DNA of 64,000 nucleotides from an uncultured Acidobacteriota bacterium (GTDB lineage Bacteria; Acidobacteriota; Thermoanaerobaculia; Multivoradales; UBA5704): the NCBI GenBank assembly GCA_963770895.1, contig CAVYRF010000002.1:3588555-3652554 (forward strand). The letters run 5' to 3'. The position numbers and the translations under genes were made by a program. The notes beneath the pieces were generated by a model, which worked only from the letters and a program-made list of their open reading frames with translations, ran no database searches and was not told the DNA's origin. How positions within the stretch are numbered: position 1 is the first letter of the stretch; each line of letters starts with the position of its first letter. Positions 44,026 to 53,377 of the stretch are shown piece by piece.

Positions 44026-45399
44026 ATGACGCAAACGGCTTTGGATGGCGGACCGGCGCGCGCCACGGCGCCGGTCCGTGGCCGCATGTTGCTCGACATG
44101 GGCGGCTACCAGTGGGCGGTGCTATTTGCCGCCTGGCTGGGGTGGGGTTTCGACTGCTTCGACAGCCTGCTGTTCAACTTTGTCGCTCCCAATTGCGTGC
44201 CGACGCTGCTCGGCCTGCCGCTGGGGTCGCCGGCAGCCAAGTCGGCGACGCTGCTGTGGACCGGGATCTTCACCTCGCTGCTGCTGCTGGGGTGGGCGGC
44301 GGGCGGCATCCTGATGGGGCACGTGGCGGACCGCATCGGCCGCAGCCGGACGCTGCTGCTGACCATGCTGATCTATTCGCTCGGCACCGCCGCCTGCGCC
44401 CTGGCGCCCAACCTGTGGGTGCTGGGGCTGTGCCGGATGGTGTCCAGCCTGGGCATCGGCGGTGAATGGGCCGCCGGTGCGGCGATGGTCGCCGAGGTGG
44501 TGCCCGAAAAGCGCCGCGTCGAAGCCGGCGCGCTGCTGTACACCTCGGCGCCGCTGGGGCTGTTCCTGGCCAGCTTCACCAACCTGCAGATCGCCGGCAG
44601 GTTCTTCAAGTCCTCGCCGGAAGTTTCATGGCGCTACGTCTTCCTGGCCGGGCTGGCGCCGGCGGTCGTCGCCATCCTGGTGCGGGTGTTCGTGCGCGAG
44701 CCGGAGCGGTGGCGCCTGGTGGCGCAGCGCTCGGCGCGGCCGCGGCTGCGCGAGCTGTTCACGCCGGAGTACCGGCGGCTGACGCTCGCCGGCTGCCTGA
44801 TGGCGGGGGTGGCGCTGATCAGCTGGTGGAGCAGCAACGCCTTCATCCCGATCATCAGCGGCGGCCTGGCGACGGTCACGGCCAAGGCGCGCGCCCTGGA
44901 CCGCGTCGCCACGGTGGTGCTGGTCGAGCACTGGAAGTCGGCGGCGACCAACTACTTCAACGTCGGCGGCCTGCTGGGCACCCTGCTCACCGTGCCGGCG
45001 GCGAAGCTGCTCGGGCGGCGCCCGATGTTCGCCATCTATTACACCGGCGCGGGGCTGTCGATGCTCGCCGCCTACGGCCTGGACCTGGCGCCCGAAACGC
45101 GCCTGGCGATGTACTTTCTGATCGGTCTGACAGCCTTCGGCGTGCTGGGCAGCTTCACCTACTACCTGCCCGAGCTGTTCCCCACCCGCCTGCGGGGAAC
45201 CGGCGCCGGATTCACCTACAACGTCAGCCGCGTCGTCGCGGCCGCCGGGCCGCTGCTCATCGGCAGCATCGCGGCGCAGGGCGCCAACTCCCTGACGACC
45301 GCCCTGCGCGCGCTGTTCTATGTCGGGTTTGCGCCGCTTCTGGGCCTGGCTTTCCTGCCCCTCGCCATCGAAACCAAGGGCCGGCCGCTGGAGGATTGA
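44026..45399 (+). CDS. MFS transporter
   Basis: Twelve predicted TM helices. MFS motif A-like 'GHVADRIGRSRTLLLTM' between TM2 and TM3. 457 aa. Confidence 0.8.
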   Translation: MTQTALDGGPARATAPVRGRMLLDMGGYQWAVLFAAWLGWGFDCFDSLLFNFVAPNCVPTLLGLPLGSPAAKSATLLWTGIFTSLLLLGWAAGGILMGHVADRIGRSRTLLLTMLIYSLGTAACALAPNLWVLGLCRMVSSLGIGGEWAAGAAMVAEVVPEKRRVEAGALLYTSAPLGLFLASFTNLQIAGRFFKSSPEVSWRYVFLAGLAPAVVAILVRVFVREPERWRLVAQRSARPRLRELFTPEYRRLTLAGCLMAGVALISWWSSNAFIPIISGGLATVTAKARALDRVATVVLVEHWKSAATNYFNVGGLLGTLLTVPAAKLLGRRPMFAIYYTGAGLSMLAAYGLDLAPETRLAMYFLIGLTAFGVLGSFTYYLPELFPTRLRGTGAGFTYNVSRVVAAAGPLLIGSIAAQGANSLTTALRALFYVGFAPLLGLAFLPLAIETKGRPLED

Positions 45400-45482
45400 G
45401 CGCGGCCGGGCTGGCCTGGCTGCGCACGCTGCCGGACCCATGCCGGCACGGCGGGCGCGGTGGGTGCAGCGGGCGGAGCCAG

Positions 45483-45504
45483 GCCCCGTCTTGCAGGCCG
45501 GGGC
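45483..45504. terminator. Possible bidirectional stem-loop between convergent genes (weak)
   Basis: GCCCCG-tcttgcaggc-CGGGGC. A 6-bp GC stem with no clear U-tract. Located between the MFS gene (+) and the K/N-rich gene (-). Confidence 0.2.
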
Positions 45505-45511
45505 TGCCGGC

Positions 45512-46303
45512 TTACGGCTTGATCACGTAGTTGACCGTGATGTTGGTCTTGTTGTGGTTCTGGTCGGTGGCGACGACGATCACCACGTGCGACTTGGCGT
45601 CGGTGCTGTCCGCCTTGATCATGCCGGTGGAAGACTGGCCGCCCAGGGCCATGGTGGCGATGGGCTGCACGTTGAGGCCGTTGGACTTGAGGTGATCCTG
45701 ATAGAAGGCGACGACCTTGTCGACCGAGTCGGTGGTGGTCATCGAGAAGGTCTGGGTGGAACCGTCGCTCGAAGAGGTGGCGGACATGCCGCCCTGGACG
45801 TCCGCTCCCGGATAGGCCGGCAACCAGGAAGGCAGGCTCTTGGGCGTGCCGGCGTTGGCGGAAAAGGTCGACTGATTGCCCTTGTCGTCGGTGACCTTCA
45901 ACACCGCGCCCGAACCCGACCCATTGGCGGCGGTGGCGTCGAAGACCGCGGTGCCGCCCTTGTCGCTGGAGAACTTGATCTTGCCGTTCTTGATGTCGTC
46001 CATGCTCACCGTGACCGTGTCGTTGGTCTTCTTGTTGTGAACGGTCAAGGTGTTGGCGGTGTCGTCAGAGCTCACCAGCTCGAGATCGGGGTTGGCCTGC
46101 ACGATGAGCTTCGCCGTCGCCATGCCAGGGTTCTTCTGGAACGGGTCGACCACCTTGGTTTTCACGATATATGCGCCGACCACCATCGCGATCACGCCCA
46201 GGACCAGAATTGCGCCGCACCCGATCGCGATCCAACCGAGTGGACCCATACCCTTCTTGGCCGCCGGCTGCACAGGGCCGGGCGGCGGAGATTGCACCGT
46301 CAT
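45512..46303 (-). CDS. Membrane-anchored hypothetical protein, K/N/T/S-rich, lower GC
   Basis: ATG at 46303 with an AAAGGGGA RBS. TM anchor 'GWIAIGCGAILVLGVIAMVVGAYIV'. The extracytoplasmic domain is rich in K, N, T, S, D, which is unusual for this genome. Codon usage differs from neighbours. Confidence 0.5.
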   Translation of the reverse strand: MTVQSPPPGPVQPAAKKGMGPLGWIAIGCGAILVLGVIAMVVGAYIVKTKVVDPFQKNPGMATAKLIVQANPDLELVSSDDTANTLTVHNKKTNDTVTVSMDDIKNGKIKFSSDKGGTAVFDATAANGSGSGAVLKVTDDKGNQSTFSANAGTPKSLPSWLPAYPGADVQGGMSATSSSDGSTQTFSMTTTDSVDKVVAFYQDHLKSNGLNVQPIATMALGGQSSTGMIKADSTDAKSHVVIVVATDQNHNKTNITVNYVIKP

Positions 46304-46549
46304 GAAAGATCCCCTTTCTGAGGAAGTTGTCCGGCTAAAGCCTGCCCCTACGCTACCACGCCGCGGCCGGGAGCGCCTCGGTTTTGCGCTTGCGCCAGGT
46401 TCGATACGCGCGTTTATCGATTCTCTGCTATGCTTGCGCCGCATTCCAAGGGATGGGGAGTCGCTGGGTACCGCAAGCCGACGTGCTTCGACATGGTTTG
46501 GTGACATGTGGGCACGAGGTTTGAATAGGACTCCGTGCGGAGGTGGGGC

Positions 46550-47239
46550 ATGAATTACTTTCTGGGCGTCCTGCTACTTTCACTGGTTCCAACCACCGCT
46601 CCCTCGAATGGCGTCCAGCCGGCGCCGGCCTCCTTTGACCGTCAGCTGGAGCGATTCACCCAGCTGGCGATCGAGGGCAAGACCCAGGAGGCGGTCGTCT
46701 TCCTGAGAAAGCCCGGATTCCTCAAGGCGGTGGATCGCGAAGGGCATACGGCGCTGTTCGGCGCTGCCGTCGCCTGCAACACGGACGTGCTGGACCTGGT
46801 GCTGGCCAGCTCGCCGGCGCTCAACCACCGCGATCGCGCTGGCGCCACCGCCCTGTTCTACGCCGCCAGCCAGGGGCGCAGCGAAGTGGTGCGACGCCTG
46901 GTCGAGCACGGCGCCGACGTCAATCTACCGAACGAGCAGGGGCGGACGCCGCTGATGGCGGCGGTGATGATGAATCACCTGGGAGCCAGCCGTCTGCTGC
47001 TCAGCGCCCGGGCCGACGTGAACGTGCAGGACAAGAACGGTTCGACGGCCCTGATCGAGGCTGTCGAAGGTAGCCATTTCGACCTGGTGAACCTGCTGCT
47101 GCAGCACGGCGCCAATCCCCGTCTGGCGCGCAACAACGGCACCACGCCGCTGCAAGTCGCGCAGATCAAGGCGCAGCCCAAGATGGTCGATCTGCTACGC
47201 CACGAAGAAGACGCCACCGATCCCGCAAACCAGCCCTGA
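46550..47239 (+). CDS. Secreted ankyrin-repeat protein
   Basis: ATG at 46550 with a GGAGGTGGGG RBS. Signal peptide 'MNYFLGVLLLSLVPTTAPS'. It has at least 4 ANK repeats ('GHTALFGAAVACNTDVLDLVL', 'GATALFYAASQGRSEVVRRLVEHGADVN', 'GRTPLMAAVMMNHLGASRLLLSARADVN', 'GSTALIEAVEGSHFDLVNLLLQHGANP'). Confidence 0.75.
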   Translation: MNYFLGVLLLSLVPTTAPSNGVQPAPASFDRQLERFTQLAIEGKTQEAVVFLRKPGFLKAVDREGHTALFGAAVACNTDVLDLVLASSPALNHRDRAGATALFYAASQGRSEVVRRLVEHGADVNLPNEQGRTPLMAAVMMNHLGASRLLLSARADVNVQDKNGSTALIEAVEGSHFDLVNLLLQHGANPRLARNNGTTPLQVAQIKAQPKMVDLLRHEEDATDPANQP

Positions 47240-47333
47240 CATAGCGCCGGGCACACGCGTCGCGGTCCATCCAGGCCAGTTGGATCCTGGAATGCGGCAG
47301 GCGGTTCTGACCTGGCGTCGCCGGGTGCGGTTG

Positions 47334-47933
47334 TCAGCGGGTCCGTTCGAATTTGATTTCGTCCAGCCAGCTTTCTTTGCCGTTCTCGTACCAGGTCCAA
47401 TGGGTGGTGAAGTGGTCGGCGTCCACCAGGTGGAGGACCATCTTGTCCATGTGGCCCGTGTCGCGCGACGGCAGGTTGACCGCGTCGAGGTAGGTGAAGG
47501 TCACGGCGTGGCCGGCGTCGTCGAAGCCGGTGGCCGACAGGCGGGGCGTGCTGCCGAAGGCGCAGTAATGGGTGGCGAGCAGCCGGTTGCCGTCCAGCTG
47601 GTAGGTGATGCTCATGCGGTTCTTGCCGGTCGGGTCGTCGCTCGCCAGGATGTCCTGCTGCAGGACCCTGCCGCCGGCGATGAGGCGGAAGGTGTCGGTC
47701 TCCTCGTGCCCCTTGCCGTTGGCGCCCTTCCAGGTGCCCTGCAGGCCTTTGAGCTGGTCGAAGGTGACGGCGGTCTGGGGGGCGGCCGCCGCCGGCGCGG
47801 CGGTGGGTGCAGCGGCAGCACCCAACAGGGCGGGCAAGCTCGCGGCGGCGATCAGGGTCGCCAGGGCGACGGCCGGCCAGCGCAGGGTCGGCCGGTGGCT
47901 GGACAGGGAGACAGGACTGACTCTGCGGACCAT
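47334..47933 (-). CDS. Secreted hypothetical protein (DUF1579/lipocalin-like?)
   Basis: Start at MVRRVSP with signal 'WPAVALATLIAAASLPALLGAAAA'. The mature part begins 'TFDQLKGLQGTWKG'. No enzymatic motif was recognised. Confidence 0.45.
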   Translation of the reverse strand: MVRRVSPVSLSSHRPTLRWPAVALATLIAAASLPALLGAAAAPTAAPAAAAPQTAVTFDQLKGLQGTWKGANGKGHEETDTFRLIAGGRVLQQDILASDDPTGKNRMSITYQLDGNRLLATHYCAFGSTPRLSATGFDDAGHAVTFTYLDAVNLPSRDTGHMDKMVLHLVDADHFTTHWTWYENGKESWLDEIKFERTR

Positions 47934-48044
47934 GAAGAACCTCCTTGGCAAGGGGAGGGCAGCCGCGCGGATGGCGGCGCCCTTCAGCATGCAGAGTGCC
48001 CGCCGCGCCGGCTTGCGAGACGGTCGCCGGCGGTACGCTCCGGC

Positions 48045-48347
48045 TCAGCTGCCGCTTTCCCCGCGGCCGGTCGCGAGGCGGCGCCCATAGGCGCTGGCGC
48101 TCGCGGCGACCGGCACGCCGACCGCGACTGCCGCGACGATCGACTCCATGGGCAGGCTCCGCAGCAACCATACCGCCGTGACCGCCGCCACCACGGCATA
48201 GATCGCGATCGCCACGCGGCCCAGCGGCGTCAAGCGGCGCGGCCGCACGCGGCGCAGGACGCGGGCGTCGAATGCGGGTGAGAGCCGCGGCGCATCCGCG
48301 GCCATGGCGTTGGTCAGCAGCCGGTCCATCCCTGCGTCATCGTGCAT
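48045..48347 (-). CDS. Putative membrane anti-sigma factor (cognate to the upstream ECF sigma factor)
   Basis: Small ORF immediately downstream of, and overlapping, the ECF sigma gene. Single TM 'VAIAIYAVVAAVTAVWLL'. The assignment rests on position and topology only. Confidence 0.4.
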   Translation of the reverse strand: MHDDAGMDRLLTNAMAADAPRLSPAFDARVLRRVRPRRLTPLGRVAIAIYAVVAAVTAVWLLRSLPMESIVAAVAVGVPVAASASAYGRRLATGRGESGS

Positions 48348-48927
48348 CGAAACCTCGTTCAGCAAGCATGGCGTGCAGCAGCCGCCTGGCGCGGTGGAGG
48401 TATGACTTCACGGTGTTCTCCGGCACATCGAGCATCACCGCGATGTCGCTTACGCGTGCGCCCAGCCAATAGTGGAGGCGCAGCGCGGACTGGTACACCT
48501 CGGGCAGCTCGCCGACGCACGCCAGGACGGCTCGCTGGCGCCGCTCGTCCTGCAACCGATCGTACGGACCGCGCTCCTGCGACGGTTGCGTCGCCAGCGC
48601 CTGGTCGCTCACGTGCGGTGCTCGATTTCGGGCGCGCGCCTTGAGGTTGAGCGCCTGATTGAACGTGATGCGGTAGATCCACGACCCGAACCTGGCCTCG
48701 CCGCGGAACGAGCGTAGAGCATGGTGCACGCGCAGCATCACGTCCTGGGCGACGTCTTCGGCTTCCGGTACGAGCTCCTGGCCGAGGATGGAAACGGCCA
48801 GACGAAACACCGGGTCTCGATAGCGCCGCACCAGCTCGGCAAATGCGTCGTCGTCGGCCGACTCCCGACACCGTTCGACCAGCCACTCGTCCGCCCGATC
48901 GGCGTAGGCGGCAGGATCAGCGCACAC
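48337..48927 (-). CDS. ECF-type RNA polymerase sigma-70 factor
   Basis: Region 2 'FRLAVSILGQELVPEAEDVAQDVMLRVHHALRSFRGEARFGSWIYRITFNQALN'. Region 4 'LPEVYQSALRLHYWLGARVSDIAVMLDVPENTVKSYLHRARRLL'. Confidence 0.85.
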   Translation of the reverse strand: MCADPAAYADRADEWLVERCRESADDDAFAELVRRYRDPVFRLAVSILGQELVPEAEDVAQDVMLRVHHALRSFRGEARFGSWIYRITFNQALNLKARARNRAPHVSDQALATQPSQERGPYDRLQDERRQRAVLACVGELPEVYQSALRLHYWLGARVSDIAVMLDVPENTVKSYLHRARRLLHAMLAERGFDAR

Positions 48928-49294
48928 GTTCGGAGGCGAGGGCGTAGTACAGCATCAACCCGATGCCCAGAAGCGCCAGCGGCAGTGGCAGCGGCCAGAG
49001 GTCTGGAGCATGCAGCTGCGGCCCGGCCCACCGCAGAGCCAGCATGGCGCCGCCGCCCAGGGCCAGCCAGACGATGCCGTGCAGCAGGGGGGCCCGCGGG
49101 TCCGGCGGCATGCGGACCCTCGGCGGATCGAGCGGCAATTCCGGCAGCGGAATGCCCTTTTCCATGGCCGCCATGCGCTCCTGGTGGACGATTTCAAGGC
49201 GGCTCTGCCGCCCGACGTGGCGGAAGTACAGATACCCCACGAACGCCACGGCGACCGCCGCGACGACGATGCCATCTCCGATCGAATGTTCCAT
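48917..49294 (-). CDS. Small membrane protein, hypothetical
   Basis: 125 aa with 2-3 TM helices. Overlaps the ECF sigma start by 11 nt, so probably co-transcribed. Confidence 0.4.
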   Translation of the reverse strand: MEHSIGDGIVVAAVAVAFVGYLYFRHVGRQSRLEIVHQERMAAMEKGIPLPELPLDPPRVRMPPDPRAPLLHGIVWLALGGGAMLALRWAGPQLHAPDLWPLPLPLALLGIGLMLYYALASERVR

Positions 49295-49375
49295 GTCCGT
49301 TCTCCTTGCCCTTTGGACAAGGCGTGGCGTTCGGCGGTTGCAGCAGCCGGCCGCCGGGGCGGCGGGGAGGGGACA

Positions 49376-49996
49376 CTACGGCTGTGCGGTGGCGGCGGGC
49401 TTGCGGCAGGTGAGCTGGTCGGCGGCGACCCAGTCGGGGCCGCTCTTGTTGATCTGCCAGGCGACGGTGAAGACTTCGGGGCTCTGGATCTCGAAGACGA
49501 AGCGGTTCCTGGGGTTGGCGTAGCTCACGGCGTCGGTGCCGGTCATGACCAGGGTGCGGCCGTGCCAGCCGGGGCTGGTGTAGATGGCGTAGCCGGCGTT
49601 GTTGGCGTCCAGCTCGACCAGCTGGTGCCGGGCTTCGTCGCGACCGATGAGGTAGTGCGCGACGTACCCCGGCGGGTCGATGTCGGTTTCCACCAGCTCG
49701 ATCCAGCGGTCGCCGAAGGCGCCCCTGCCTTCGTATTTCGAATGGTGCGGCCGGGTGCTGGGCTGAAAGCTCCCCTTGCAGTCCCAGGTGCCGGTGAAGC
49801 TGAAGCCCGCCGGCGGGTCGGCGAGCAGCGGGGGCGCGTCCGGCGCCGGCGCCGCGCCGCTCGGGACGGGAGCGCTGGTGGCGCGGCCGGCGGTGCCGCT
49901 GGGGATCGGGGCGCTGCCGGCGCCTCGGGCGGCGCCGGTGGCAAGGACGGCCAGGATTGCCAGGCCGCCTGCCGCGGCGCGCAGGGTCGATCGCAT
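49376..49996 (-). CDS. Secreted hypothetical protein, distantly similar in layout to the 47334 protein
   Basis: Start at MRSTLRAA with signal 'GLAILAVLATGAARGAG'. The mature part begins 'FSFTGTWDCKG'. Ends '...SGPDWVAADQLTCRKPAATAQP'. Confidence 0.45.
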   Translation of the reverse strand: MRSTLRAAAGGLAILAVLATGAARGAGSAPIPSGTAGRATSAPVPSGAAPAPDAPPLLADPPAGFSFTGTWDCKGSFQPSTRPHHSKYEGRGAFGDRWIELVETDIDPPGYVAHYLIGRDEARHQLVELDANNAGYAIYTSPGWHGRTLVMTGTDAVSYANPRNRFVFEIQSPEVFTVAWQINKSGPDWVAADQLTCRKPAATAQP

Positions 49997-50042
49997 CCTC
50001 GTAGCTCCTTTGCCGCAGGCGGGGGCGCGGCCGCGCCGCCCA

Positions 50043-52307
50043 CTACTGCAGGTGACTGCGCAGCCAGTCCACGCTGCGCACCAGCGCATCGTGCGCGTCG
50101 GCGGCGTTGAGGTGATGGCCCTCGTCGGGATAGATCACCAGGCGGGTTTCGACGCCCAGGGTGCGCAGCGCGTGCCAGTACTCGTAGGATTGAGGCGCCG
50201 GCACCTCGGCGTCGCGCTCCCCTTGCAGCACCAGGGTCGGCGTGTGCACCGCCTTGATGAACGTCATGGGCGAGCTGCGCGCGTAGATCCAGGGGTCGTC
50301 GTAGACCGAGGCGCCGAAAAACGGGATCATCCAGCGATCGATCCGATTCTGGCCGTAATAGCTCTGCCAGTTGGCCACACCGGCTCCCGCCACCGCGGCG
50401 CGGAAGCGGTCGGTCTGGGTGATGGCCCACATGGTCATGTAGCCGCCGTAGCTCCAGCCATCGATGGCCAGGCGCTGTGGATCGATCGGCGCCGCCGCCA
50501 GCGCCGCATCGACGCCGGCCAGGATGTCGCGCAGGTCGCCGTAGCCGAAATCCTTGACGTTGCCGCGGGTGAACGCTTCGCCCATGCCGTAGCTGCCGCG
50601 CGGGTTGGGCAGCAGGACGTAGAACCCCTGGCTGGCCAGGGCGCCGGCGACGCGCGGCCAACCCGCCTGGTGGGCTGAAGACGGTCCGCCGTGCACCAGC
50701 ACGACGAGCGGCGCGCGGCGGCCGGATTGCAGAGCCGCGGCCGGCGGGGCCAGCAGCCAACCCTGCGCCTGTGCTCCGGCGGCCAGGTCGCTCGGCCAGC
50801 GCAGCGACCGGGCGGCGCCCCAGACGGGCTGCACCGCGTCGTTATGGTGGGTGACCTGGCGCCAGCCGGCGCCCAGGGGGGCATCGCCGTCGCCAGTGGG
50901 GACCGCGCCCGCGGCGGTGGCCGCGAGGGTGGCGGACGCGGCGCTGGCGGCGTCCAGCGTCCCTGCCCAGATTTCCGGCGGGTGGGTGAACGAGCTGACG
51001 ATCGCGGCGCCGACTTGCCCGTCGCGCGACACCGCCAGCCCAGGGCCGCGGCTGGCGGAGAACGTCGCGTCCCGGCGCCACAGCGGGGTCGCGGCGTCGC
51101 CGGCGGGGGCGAAGCGCGTCAGCCCCATGCCGCCCTGGATCTCCTCCAGGACCAGCAGCGCGCCGCCCGCCGTCCACGCCAGCCAGGCGGCCGAGGTGGG
51201 GCGGTCGGCGGTGAGATCGCGCGCCGGGCCGCCGGCCGCCGGGACGGTATAGACGTCGCCGCCGGTCACGCCCTGATCGCTCATCACGCCGCCGATCAGA
51301 GCGATGGTGCGCCCGTCCGGCGACCAACGCGGATCGGCCATCTGGAACGACGGCTTGAGCAGCGAGCGGGCGGCGCCGCTGGCGCGATCGAAGCGGTACA
51401 GCTCGGCATCCCACCAGTTGTCGTCGCCCTCGCCGTGGGCGGCGACGCCGGCCAGCGCCGAGCCGTCGGGCGACCAGTCGAAGTCGTACACGAACAGGTC
51501 CGGCGGCGACGCCGGGCGCACCGCGCCGCCGGCCAGGTCGACGATCGCGATGCGCTGCTCGTCCGGATTTTCGCCCACCGTGCCGGCGTCGCGCGGCGCC
51601 GCCGCGGTGGGTGCCGCGGAGGTGCTGCGGCCGGCGATCCACAGCAGGGCGATGGCCGTGCCGTCGGGCGACCAGGCCAGGTCCGACAGCTGCCCGCGCA
51701 GGTCGGTCAGCGGTCTGGCGCCGCCCGCAAAGTCGGCGACCCAAACCTGTTTCTGGTGGTCGGCAGGCATCTCCGGCATCGTGGCGCCGGGCCTGGCCGC
51801 CGGCTTGCTGGCTGCACGGCGGCCGGCGCCGTGCCGTGATCCCGCCGGTCCCGGCGCTCCCGGAGGAAGTGGGGCCAGGAACGCGAGGCGCGTGCCGTCC
51901 GGCGACCAGACCGGGTTGCTGGCGCCGGCGGCCCCGGTCTCCAGGCGCCGGGCCGGTCCTGCGATGCCGCCGGCCCCGAGCTCGGCGACGAAGACGATGG
52001 CGCTGGATTCTCCGCCCTGGCCGCGCGGCGTCTCGGTCCAGGCGATGCGCCGCCCATCGGGCGACACCGCCGTGGCGCCAAACGATCGCGTCGCCGCCTC
52101 GGCCGCCAGCGCCTGATCGAGCGTGGACGCGCTGACGCCGGCGTCCGCGCCGGCCGGCGGCGGCGGTTGCGGCGGCGGCTGAGGCGCGGTGTGGCCAGGC
52201 GCCGCCGCCCCGCTCGCGATCGTTGCCGCCGCGAGCCCGATGCGTAGCGCGGGACGCCAGATCCACAGGGAGCGGCGCGGCAGGGTGGCTCGGCGGAGCG
52301 TGGTCAT
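50043..52307 (-). CDS. S9-family serine peptidase (prolyl-oligopeptidase/acylaminoacyl-peptidase type) with an N-terminal TolB-like beta-propeller
   Basis: Repeated 'WSPDG(T/R)..A' propeller blades. C-terminal alpha/beta hydrolase with nucleophile elbow 'DGWSYGGYMT' and '...RDAEVP...DEGHHL'. Start at MTTLRRAT inside ATGA, overlapping the GNAT stop. Confidence 0.8.
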   Translation of the reverse strand: MTTLRRATLPRRSLWIWRPALRIGLAAATIASGAAAPGHTAPQPPPQPPPPAGADAGVSASTLDQALAAEAATRSFGATAVSPDGRRIAWTETPRGQGGESSAIVFVAELGAGGIAGPARRLETGAAGASNPVWSPDGTRLAFLAPLPPGAPGPAGSRHGAGRRAASKPAARPGATMPEMPADHQKQVWVADFAGGARPLTDLRGQLSDLAWSPDGTAIALLWIAGRSTSAAPTAAAPRDAGTVGENPDEQRIAIVDLAGGAVRPASPPDLFVYDFDWSPDGSALAGVAAHGEGDDNWWDAELYRFDRASGAARSLLKPSFQMADPRWSPDGRTIALIGGVMSDQGVTGGDVYTVPAAGGPARDLTADRPTSAAWLAWTAGGALLVLEEIQGGMGLTRFAPAGDAATPLWRRDATFSASRGPGLAVSRDGQVGAAIVSSFTHPPEIWAGTLDAASAASATLAATAAGAVPTGDGDAPLGAGWRQVTHHNDAVQPVWGAARSLRWPSDLAAGAQAQGWLLAPPAAALQSGRRAPLVVLVHGGPSSAHQAGWPRVAGALASQGFYVLLPNPRGSYGMGEAFTRGNVKDFGYGDLRDILAGVDAALAAAPIDPQRLAIDGWSYGGYMTMWAITQTDRFRAAVAGAGVANWQSYYGQNRIDRWMIPFFGASVYDDPWIYARSSPMTFIKAVHTPTLVLQGERDAEVPAPQSYEYWHALRTLGVETRLVIYPDEGHHLNAADAHDALVRSVDWLRSHLQ

Positions 52308-52777
52308 GGTGAGGGGTCCTCGGTAGGGGCCGCTGTCAGATACATGCCCGGCCGCACGATCTCCATGTGGCGGTCGGGCTGGGCGAGGGCGGAGAAGCCG
52401 AAGTGCCGGTAGAGCGGGTGCGCATCGCGGGTCACCAGCGAAAACCGGCGCAGGCCCGCGACCGCCGGGTAATCCATCACGCACTCCATGAGCCAGCGTC
52501 CGAGCCCCTCGCCGCGGTGCTCGGGCAGCACGTAGACGTCGCACAGGTAGGCAAACGTGGCCTGGTCGGTGACGACCCGCGCCAGCCCCACCTGCCCGCC
52601 GCCTGCCGCGAGCAGGCTGAAGCAGAGAGAGTTGGCGACCGCCCGCGCCAGCACCTGGCGCGGGATGCCGGCGGACCAATAGGCGGTGGCCAGAAATCCA
52701 TGCACCGCATCCAGATCCAGGCGCGCCGGATCGGTGGTCACGACGAAGCCGGGTCGCGTGCGTTCGTAGCAGTCCAT
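52304..52777 (-). CDS. GNAT-family N-acetyltransferase
   Basis: 'FAYLCDVYVLPEHRGEGLGRWLMECVMDY' is the acetyl-CoA-binding motif A (Q/RxxGxG/A). 157 aa. Confidence 0.8.
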   Translation of the reverse strand: MDCYERTRPGFVVTTDPARLDLDAVHGFLATAYWSAGIPRQVLARAVANSLCFSLLAAGGGQVGLARVVTDQATFAYLCDVYVLPEHRGEGLGRWLMECVMDYPAVAGLRRFSLVTRDAHPLYRHFGFSALAQPDRHMEIVRPGMYLTAAPTEDPSP

Positions 52778-52805
52778 GGGCCGCCCGCAATCCTACACCG
52801 CGTAC

Positions 52806-53210
52806 TTACGAACCGGAGCGCCAGGGGCGATCGCGCGGGCGCTTGTAGGGCGGCGGCGGGCCGCTGTCGAGCGATGCGGGCGGCTCGGCGGGCGGGGAAG
52901 TTGCCGCAGAGGGTGCCGCGGCCGGCATTGCCAGCGGCGCATCCCCGGTCGGCGACAGCTGGGACGCCGCCGCGGGCGGTGCGGCCTGGATGGCGGGAGG
53001 CGCGGCTGCCGCGGCCGATGCGACTGCCGCGCTGGCGTGGCGCCGCGTCAACCAGGCCAGGGCCACGGCCTGCAGGGCCGGGATGGCAGCGAGCTCCAGC
53101 AACGCGCCCCAGCCGCGGTCGGCGCGCTGGAAAACCGCCAGCGACACCGCCGCCCGCGTCAGCCAGAAGGCCGCCAGCAGCGCCAGCCAGACATGGACCA
53201 GTCGTCGCAT
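52806..53210 (-). CDS. Small membrane protein with Pro/Ala-rich tail, hypothetical
   Basis: Start at MRRLVHV. Two TM helices. Weak RBS. Sits between divergent genes. Low confidence that it is expressed. Confidence 0.3.
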   Translation of the reverse strand: MRRLVHVWLALLAAFWLTRAAVSLAVFQRADRGWGALLELAAIPALQAVALAWLTRRHASAAVASAAAAAPPAIQAAPPAAASQLSPTGDAPLAMPAAAPSAATSPPAEPPASLDSGPPPPYKRPRDRPWRSGS

Positions 53211-53377
53211 GGTGTTTCGCCCCTGCTCCCTGCGGCGCCGGCCGCCCGGCGGCGGCGCCGCCCTGGCGCCGGCAAGAGGATCGCTCGATCCGGCCTGCCG
53301 GCGCAATCGGCGGCAGGCCGCGAGGGGTGGTGTACACTGCAAAGCTACAAGGCAACTTCGCTCCAAAAGGAGGTCCC

